64,000 nt of DNA from Haliotis cracherodii (lineage: Eukaryota): the NCBI RefSeq assembly GCF_022045235.1, contig NW_027266308.1, positions 59,148,001-59,212,000 of the forward strand, in the 5' to 3' direction. The position numbers and the translations under genes were made by a program. Under the pieces are notes generated by a model, which saw nothing but the letters and a program-made list of their open reading frames with translations, was not told the origin of the DNA and ran no database searches. Positions within the stretch are counted from its first letter, which is position 1; each line of letters starts with the position of its first letter. Below are positions 55,077-64,000 of the stretch, piece after piece.

Positions 55077-56831
55077 GAATCAAATACAAAATGGCTATTC
55101 GATGGGGATATATTTGATACGGGAATCATAGTTATGACTTGGACTTAAAGTTTGCAGTGTTTCTGTGATTGTTTCAAACCCAGTAACATTTTGGTAACGT
55201 TTGTAAGTTTTTAGTCCTTTTTTAAGGTGCATACTTTCTTTTGTCCAGCAGTTAAAGAACGAAAGTTAAAAAAACGAAAATATGAGGATACAGACAACAC
55301 GCTTTGAAAGTCGATGTGGTGAGACAAACGACAATATCTGATATTTCAAAGAAATGACTTGTGCATCTGAACATTGAAAGGAAGTGAATTCTTCTTCATG
55401 ACTATATATATATGAATCAGTAATAATGTCTGATTGATCAGGTAGATTCTGGACATTGCGAAATGGAAACATCTTCCCCTGTCACTACTTAGTCTGGCAG
55501 TCATTATGCTTCATTTAATCCATGTGATATAAAGCCGATTGTAATGTATTGAAGTTGATAAAACTTTGTAAAAGTGTATATGTAATATATTGACATATAT
55601 ATTCTTCTGCCATGAATACCCTTGAATCAGTTTTCACACGACATAGCAGCATGCATTGATACGGTGAAATCTCGTCACCACGAAATCTTGGGGATGATCA
55701 AATATTTTTTCGAGTATGACACTGAGCACTACGAACACACCCCAACTACTGATGTCCTCTTTATTTCAAGATCACGTATTGTTCATACCTTTTTAGTGAC
55801 CAAACAATGCCGAATCGTACCTTGATGAGGACATGTTGATATACGAGGTGGAGCGACATCTTGCTTATATATTGATTCCCCGCATTTTAATGATACAGAC
55901 TGCAAGCTGTGCTTGGAAAACAATCAATCAATAATGTACTAAATTGTAGTTCCGCGCCCTGATGTTGTCATTACAAAAAAACGAAATATACAGATGCATC
56001 ATAAAACAATTCCTCCAATGATTTGGAAAATACTTCCTTGTTTCAAGTTCACTTCAAGGCCTCGTGTCTGTGTGACTAGAACCTAACTCAGTGTACATGT
56101 CAATTGTCTTCTCTGATAGAGGTGCAGACTTGTTTTCCTGCATAAATCTCAATGGATCTCCTGTAGTGTGCAGATGGCATTCATCAGATGTTCAATATTA
56201 AAGTCAAATAATTAAATTTTCGCTGTGTTCATTGAAATTCCTGCATTCTGATTAGCTGAATTGGTCACGTGTTATTGCATTCATTTCCCAATGAATGTAA
56301 AAAAATTAAGCCACGCCCACCGAGGCGCACTACTTTTATTACTGCGGAATGTCGGGGAATCCCAATATTACAGTCGAGGGAATTCCCTTTCTGCTCACGT
56401 GTAATGTCATGCAGAGGACATTTAGCGACTTTCATGCATATTCGTTGTCCAAACTACCCTTTGAAACCGAAGGCCGAGAATGAATGAAACAGCAAACGTG
56501 CAGGTTCGCTACGCGGATTCATACAGTTTGCACATCGGTTTTTCGATTCATACCTCAATGAACAGAAAAAAATACACAGTCAATCCTTAAATAACTTGTT
56601 TTACCATCAATTTGAGATCTATGAGTTCCTGCACTGCTTCAGTGTTAGTAACAAAAAACGCTCCGATACACTGCGCAAGGGCAGTTGCAACATTGCTTCA
56701 GTTAGGGCCGGTCTCTGTGCGTAGAGTGGAGTATCACTCCTTGGCCATGATGCTGATACAATCACGACAGGGACAATCACGTTAATAGATCGTCCATTAT
56801 TCGAGATATATAGATTACTAAATGAGTCTGT

Positions 56832-57100
56832 GCACGAGTGGCCCAGTCGTCTAAGGCGCCGCGATTCGCTGTGCAGAGTTGCGTCCCTTGGGTACGCCAG
56901 AAACCTATGATTGTGGGTTCGAATCCCGGTTCGCTCCGATTATGTTTCTAGGTTTGTCAGCACCATACCGTTGCTCGTGGGTTTCACCGAAGAGGTAAAC
57001 GTCTGAGACCTCCATCACTTGGAGCTTTCCTCCCACATTGAGCTGACACGCCGTGATATAACTGGAATTATGTTAAAAGCGGTGTTGAACCCAACTCACT
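56832..57100 (+). mobile_element. SINE family C, full length (~280 nt, tRNA-Leu-like head)
   Basis: TGGCCCAGTCGTCTAAGGCGCC...GGGTTCGAATCCCGG...GATATAACTGGAAT...AAAAGCGG..TT.AACCCAACTCACT. Flanked by actaaat(g/t)agtctgt direct repeats. Confidence 0.88.
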
Positions 57101-57984
57101 AAATTAGTCTGTTAGATACCGTTTTTATAACAGCGATTGCTTTTCAAAATGTATCACATCAGCAAAAGCGAGTTAGGGATGTTTTGAAATACGCGAGTTG
57201 AAGGGACAAGTGTAGGAATTGATATCTTACTCAGTTAAGTTTGGCATATTATCTAAATTCTATGTTGAAAGAAAGACGTCGCTGGAATGAAGACAATATG
57301 CGTAGTTGATGATTCGATGAGACCTGCATCACTTCGGGCTTCCCTCCCACATTAAGCTGACACGGCGCGATATAACTGGAATACTATTCAAAACGGCGTT
57401 AGACGCAACTCACTCACTCACGCATACGAGTCCGCAGGTAGTTTTGCTGTTAAATTGAAATTGATTGTAAATACCGCTACGCAACAGCAATAACGGTGCA
57501 CGAAAACGACAACACGGTATGCATGGGCTGACATGAGAACGACATTTTTAAGGACTGTCCACTTTGTCCAAGAGGGATACTCTCACTTGCAAAACGAAGT
57601 TCAAGGAATTAGATGCGACTATGATTGTTGTGATGATGCTTGGACATAATGTTTGTACATTGCTGACTCTGAACCTTTATGACACCTCAATGCTTGCAAT
57701 ACTGCGAACAAAAGTGTTAGTCCAACCCTCTCGGTATTTCAAATGTATTTCTTCGTGACTCCTGCAGAAGATCACTGCAAAACTCAAATACAATGTGTTG
57801 TATTGAGCCTACAAGATGTTCAACAGACCATACAGACATCTGATTCCTTTTTACGTGTCCATGCACATAATTGATTTTTACATGGTTTCCAGACACTGAA
57901 ATGAATTATGTTATAAATTCACAGCTGGTGATCGGGCCTCTCTGGCAAGCGTATTATATCCTATGGTAGTTCGTGTCCTGCAGA

Positions 57985-58342
57985 GACCGCCTCCGTGGTC
58001 TAGTGGTAGAGCGTCCGCCCGGAGAGCGGAAGGTCCGGTGTTCGATCCCCGACCGCGTCATACCAACAGACGTTAAAAGATGGTACTTGTTGTTACCCTG
58101 TCTGGCGCTCAGCATTAACGGGTAAAACAAGGACTGGTCGGCTCGGAGTCAGTATACTGTGTCTGAGTGGGATATTCATGTTAAACCGCGGCATGGTATA
58201 TCAGTGGGCTAGCACTATATAAATCCGCATCGGTCGGGACTAGTACAAGCAGCTAACAAACACACACACGTACATGCACGTCGCTATATAAGTGCAATGA
58301 TCTTGGACGCGACGTTAAACCCCATTCACCTCACCTCACCTC
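57985..58342 (+). mobile_element. SINE family A, full length (tRNA head, Meta/MESC-like core, (TCACC)n tail)
   Basis: A-box GTGGTCTAGTGG, B-box GTTCGATCCC. TSD tcgtgtc(c/a)tgcagag at 57971-57985 and 58341-58355. The paralogous site near 48255 is empty. The core-domain assignment is from memory and tentative. Confidence 0.9.
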
Positions 58343-58695
58343 GTGTCATGCAGAGCCATGATTCAGTCAACTAAGAGTCACGCTGAATGAGAGAGTGAGT
58401 TTGATTTTAGACGCTTTTAGCAATATTCCAGCAATATCACGGCGGGTGACACCAGAAATGGGATTCACACATTGTTCCCAGGCCCCATGATGTATGCAAG
58501 GCTGTATGGGGTATCATTTAAGGAGGTTGCGAATAGGCTTTTGTATTACTGTGGTAGAATGCCTAGGTGAATATAATGTATCTGCAATGTTTATGTGGGT
58601 ATATTAAACATGGTCAATGTCTGGAATAAAAACATAAATTCTTCAAACATGTCTTTCTACATTATTTGTGAAAATGAATTGGATTCGTGGTGAAC

Positions 58696-58813
58696 TGGAG
58701 CGGTAGGGGTAACATAGTTGTTGAAGAGTTCGCTCGTCTCGCCGAAGATCCGGGTTCGATTCCCTATATGGGTACAATGTGAAACCCTTACTGGCGTTAT
58801 CCGCCGTTCACTC
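58696..58813 (+). mobile_element. SINE family B copy at the right junction of the duplication
   Basis: ggagcggtaggggtaacatagttg...ttcgctcgtctcgccgaagatccgggttcgattccc...ggtacaatgt. Confidence 0.8.
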
Positions 58814-58839
58814 GGTCACTATTTGGCGAACAAAGAATA

Positions 58840-61226
58840 AATCCTTGTTAAAGGAAAAGCTGCATGATTTGCTTTCAATTAACTAAGAAGATGTAAAGGA
58901 ACTCAAAACTAACAGCAACTGAAATAAATAGCGAATAAATCTGACATTGGAGACATGAGAGATAATAGATTTTAACAATACTTGCCAGTAAGAGCTACAT
59001 GCTCTCGTATCAGCTACATTTACGTTATTCGTCACTACTCGCCCCACTCATTGGCTTGTTCCGGAATGAAACGAGTTGCTCACGAAGGACAGCACTCATG
59101 TGGTTAGAGTTACATCTTTTTATCGGGATAGCGCTCAGCTTGTTGCAGATGACAAATGTGTTGAACATTGGAGGACATTTTCTTTGCTAAAATGAATTTT
59201 AGCCCTTGGGATAAGAAGGTTTGATTATAGTTTCGGAGACAGGTTGCCAAGGTGGCGGATACCTTTTTCTTATTTTTGCATTCAGTTCAGAAAAGTAACC
59301 TAAAATGTAGAGAAACATCGGACATATTTCAACAAGTATAAAATCTATTATCAAATCACTAAAATACATGCAAGCTTAAGGACTGTTTCCTGTATCAGAT
59401 GTACACATTGGTAAAGCCAAATAATACTAATGTTCAATCTCGTTAAAATCAGATCTTTTACTCCGAAACGATAGCTATCTGGATCTGATAACAACAGAAG
59501 GTTTCGTAAGATGAACCCTCTGAGCACCTCATCGATTCGGAAATTTATATCTTTGCTAAAGAAAACCGCCTCCGACCACAAATATATCTTTTAGGTGTAG
59601 ATGTCATGGCAACCAGGAACGACAATATTACTAAAATATCCACGACAACATAATTTATGTATGTATTATGATCATCCCGATTATGTTCGTATTCAATACA
59701 CATAAATCAGAAATGCTTCTTTAAAGGCGTAGAGTTCGCTCATGAGAACCTATATGCCTGATGACATTTTATCTTCAGATCTTCACATAGGTAAGGGATA
59801 AACTCCAGAATGACCACATGAAGGAAATACTACGATGGGGTTAGACATAAGAAAATCTGGAATTCAGAGCTGAACGCTCGCAATAAAGTCAAAGCCACAA
59901 ATATCTATACTGTACCCGTCCTCTCGTATTCGTTTCGTGTTGTTGATTGGGTGAAACAAAGAATTCACCCTCACACGAAGAATCATGTCAGACAATAGAT
60001 CCCACCACACTCGCTCTTTCCTCAATGGCTTGTATATACCAATCATAATGAGAGGGCGTGGCTTGATTAACATGGAGGTTGTTCATGATAGAATTGTAAT
60101 ATGCACTTTTTACCCACATTTATTTGTCTGATGATCCTCTTATTAAGCATGTCAAAACTCATGATGGAAATAGAGGCTACAGTGTGTTGAAAAGATAAGC
60201 AACCCTGCCAGGATCACCCAAACCCTCTATGCTGCTTTTTTATTTGAATCTGTAAATAATGATACGACTAATGATGAAAACAAGGCATTCCACAGTTCCA
60301 TCATGAAAACAAGGCATTCCACAGTTTCCTTAAACGAGAGAAGTATGTGGGACATAATCTCAATGTCAGTGTTGATTTTTGTTGCTGGTTCTGTACTGCT
60401 GGAAGATACAGAAATGAGTGTCAGTCAAGCAAAGTGCCACATCAAATGGGCTCAGACTGTTGTACATGTGCACTGTGTTGAGAAGATCAGCAACCTTGCA
60501 GATTCCCTCGCTTGGATGAAGTCGGCTGCTTGAAAAGTGAAACAGAAGGCTTTCTGTTTGTTGCTCAAGACCAGTCATTTCCCACTCGAAGTGTGCATCA
60601 AAATGTAAATATGAGATGTAGATTATGCAATAAATGATTTCGACTGTCCAACACATTGCCCGTGGATGCCCAGCTTTGACACAGATACAGTCTCTTAAGC
60701 CCTATGATGGCGTGTCGCGATCATTTTATTATCGTCTTCGCCATGCTTGTGGTTTTGACACAGGGCTTCATTGAAAATGATAAATACAAAATTCTTTGGA
60801 AAAGACATGTATACAGCCTTAGACGTATCCAGGCCAACAAATCTGATCTTGTCCTTTTTCATAAATCCAATGAAATCATTATTATTATTGAGTTTTCTGT
60901 CCCTTTTGACACTCATGTGATTGACAAGATTCAGAAAAAAACATGGCAAATATGCAGACCTCGCTTTCGAAATATCACGCTTGCATCCCAAGAACGAGGT
61001 CGTCCGACTCCCCATTGTTCTCGGTGCCTTAGGTTTGGTGCCTCCAAATCTGTTAAATGATATTGGGAGCGTACCCGGGACCAGAAATACAGCCCTTCTG
61101 ACAATCTGGGTAATGCAGAAGGCTGCAGTGTTGGGGAGTCTTCACATTCTCCGAAAAGTTCTTGGTTGGTTCGACTTGACAGCGCTTTCTGGGAGAAGAC
61201 CCATTCCCTGTCTAGGCTGCGTGTAG
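58840..61226 (+). mobile_element. Highly decayed non-LTR retrotransposon with restriction-like endonuclease (R4/Dong-like)
   Basis: C-terminal fragments YKILW...IQANKSDLVL...IIIEFSVPFD and KY.DLAFEISRL...LPIVLGALG...MQKAAVLGSLHILRKVL resemble the PD-(D/E)xK end of RLE LINEs. Upstream are remnants of a CCHC-like region (~60600-60720) and a LYIP...GRGL motif (~60030-60066). The 5' boundary is approximate. Confidence 0.8.
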
Positions 61227-61239
61227 AATGGACAAGGGC

Positions 61240-61392
61240 CTTGAGTATCTCCGTTGGCTAGCACTATAAATCGGCATCAGTCTAGTACAAGCAGCCACAC
61301 GCACGCACGCACACACGCGCACACACAGCACGTCGCTATATAAGTGCAATAATCTTGGACACGACGTTGAACCAAATTTCACCTCACCTCAC
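61240..61392 (+). mobile_element. SINE family A 3' fragment; a further degenerate copy lies at ~62795-63000
   Basis: ggctagcactataaa...cgtcgctatataagtgcaat...cacctcacctcacc. Confidence 0.75.
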
Positions 61393-61923
61393 CAGATATG
61401 ACACGTCGCCTGTCAACAGTATGCGCTGTGCTATCCCATGCTATGGTCTCTACATAGCATTGTCTCACCTCCTCACTCACTGGCACTTGTATTACTTTTG
61501 TTAATGATAATTGTGTGAGTGGCGGGTGCTACAGGTAGAGGAGGATATGCTTACCCTTATGGCGAACACCTGGTGTCATCACATTTCGGGGATCTATGTT
61601 ATTTTCATCACTATTCGGCTATTCTCTGGCGTTGACGTTCATAACTAGGTATCTTCAATGATCGTCATTAAAAAGAACAAATTACTCATAAGAGTCCTAC
61701 AATTACTAACCTTTCTTGAATCAGTGACACGGAATGGTACTTAGTTTCAAAAACAAAATTACTTGCGTGATATAATCATACCTGCATGCTTTCTGCATGT
61801 ATCTTCCGCCAAGATGCTGCTTTTGGGGTACAGTCACATGGGGATAATTTAGTACAGTTACCATTGAATATAATCACGAAATGAACTGATCCTATTCACT
61901 CATATTGCGTCCCAATGCTTACA

Positions 61924-62064
61924 NNNNNNNNNNNNNNNNNNNNNNNNNNNNNNNNNNNNNNNNNNNNNNNNNNNNNNNNNNNNNNNNNNNNNNNNNNNNN
62001 NNNNNNNNNNNNNNNNNNNNNNNNNNNNNNNNNNNNNNNNNNNNNNNNNNNNNNNNNNNNNNNN
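61924..62064. other. Assembly gap (141 N)
   Basis: Run of n. Confidence 1.
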
Positions 62065-64000
62065 AAGGAAAGCAGCTTCACGAGGTTCACTTTTTTATTA
62101 TTATTATAGTGTCAGTTTGGATATTTATGTTTCTATCATGAAAAAAAGATAACACAAATACTCCATATATATTATAATACAACCTATGTTTATTCGAATT
62201 GACGTGTATCTGTAAAACATGCCTCCACACCACGCATCTCAAATTATCATTAGGGAAAATGTGGATCATAAATACGTCGAAAAGAGTTTGCAAAGTGTCA
62301 TTTCATTCCTGTTATCTGTCAAACAAATAAACGTTAACAAGCCAAGACCACTGACATATCCCACCAATCAACACTGATATATTGCTCTGTTTCAATTTCG
62401 ATCGCAAAATTATCCCTATTGTTCTTGTACAGAGGAAGCACTCGTCCTTATATCACACAAACGGGCGTGGGGAGACTTGCGTTAAGATCAAGAAATAGTT
62501 CTTTCGAGGATAACAATCTCAATGGGGGTTAAGGCTATTCAAGCCTTTTAACTAGCTCCTCCACAATGCTCGCCGGGAGGTGAGGAGGAAAGTCGGTGCT
62601 GAGCCGAATTATGTGCTATCCATAATGCAAGCTCGGCAGTCAAAAGAGGGGACTTCAGAGGCTGGGGTTTGTGATCGGATGGAACCGCATACCAAGCAAC
62701 ATTACCTGCGCCTTTTACGACGCAATGCGTTAGACACTCAGCATTCTAAAAACATGCCATGCCTTTAATGTATAGAAATTTGCCCAGAGAGTGAAGGGTT
62801 GGTGGTTCGATGACCTGGCCCCGTTATAACAAAATACATTAATACATGGTACTTGTTGTTACCCTGACTGGGAGGAATGGAATAAGAATCGGTCGGAGTC
62901 AGAGTCAGTATAGGGTATATGGTAGGGTTATCCACGTTAAACTGCGACATGGTATCTCAGTGGGCAAGCGCTATACAAGCGACATAAGTACAACAAACGT
63001 GAATGAACGCCACAATGCATGTGTAAGCGCAATACACAAAAAACACGGTATAATGTGCTTAGCCAAAGTCAGTGAGTGCGTTTAACAGTTAGTTCACATC
63101 TGTCATATCCAAGACAAATTACCTAGAAGGATACCATAATGGTTACTCGGTCGTTATATATTAACAGTAAACCTTCGCTAGAGCCCCGCAAAAAGAAAAT
63201 ACTACGGTGAATAAATAAACCATATTGTCGTGTTTCATTCTTTACACGGACATGACCTAACCTACTCACTGGTACGTATATACAGGCCTAAACGTCAGTC
63301 TCAAGCTTATCATTTAATCTTAGCATCACAGTTATCACTGCCGCTGGGACCCGTGAAGATCCGGGGTAGAATAGGCCTTCAGAAACCCATTCTTGCCGTT
63401 AAAGGCGACTATGCTTGTTGTAAGAGGCGGCTAACGGTAACGGGTGATCAGGCTCGCTGACTTGGTTGATGCATGTCATTATATTCAAGTTGCGTGGATC
63501 GATGTCATGATCATGATGTCAATCACTGGATTTTCTTTACAGACTTGATTATTTACAGACAACCGTCATATAGCCGGAATGTTGGTGAGTGCGGCGTTTA
63601 ACAACAAAATCATGGCGGCTGGTAATTATCGAAAAGTAGTCAACCCTGCCTGTGTTATGGCGACCGTGTTGTTGTGCCGTTAATGAACGGCTGATGAAAT
63701 GAATTGCTAATGTTGCACTATCTTATGTGTAAGCATCCCAACCTTCGGCATCTGCTGGGAAATGTAAAGATAACAGTACAAAGGACATTAGCCTGCGCAC
63801 ATGACTCTATATGTCAATATGGATTCCACATACAATCTACCGTTATACTTAACTAACATCCATTTGCTGTTGTCTGAACGAAAGTGTATTGTGTTTTCAT
63901 TGGCGATACTTTGTATGCATACATGTATGTAGAGTTGTGAGTCTATCGTGCCAGCGAGACGGTCGAGGGTTTACGCTGTTTATATATTTGTATGTTCCAT

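Larger units (their letters stand above)
48690..58690 (+). repeat. Tandem segmental duplication, unit 2 (longer because of extra insertions)
   Basis: Diverged colinear copy of 40330-48530 with unit-specific SINE insertions. Confidence 0.9.

Noticed and set aside
40330-58690. Duplication as an uncollapsed haplotype or assembly artefact
   Set aside because: The units are strongly diverged, carry private TSD-flanked insertions and join at a SINE with no gap.

Overview
AT-rich, repeat-dense eukaryotic (animal) DNA. The SINE content suggests a gastropod mollusc, plausibly abalone (Haliotis); this is inference. Nearly all ORFs in the supplied track are spurious. The one host gene I can support is a + strand globin X-like gene: exon 2 (32243-32468, B12.2 to G7.0) and last coding exon 3 (44531-44662), separated by a 12.06-kb intron. 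I could not find exon 1 in the window. The 3' end of the gene lies in an old tandem duplication (unit 1 ~40330-48530, unit 2 ~48690-58690). All three junctions of the duplication hold a same-strand copy of one tRNA-derived SINE. Unit 2 carries a second exon 3 (54419-54550) with an intact frame but an AG->AA acceptor mutation and many amino-acid changes. The rest is decayed transposons (mariner with TIRs, Tc1 fragment, Penelope-like RT fragment, R4/Dong-like LINE), four SINE families, foldback elements (one with a degenerate hammerhead-like motif), mini/microsatellites and a 141-N assembly gap.
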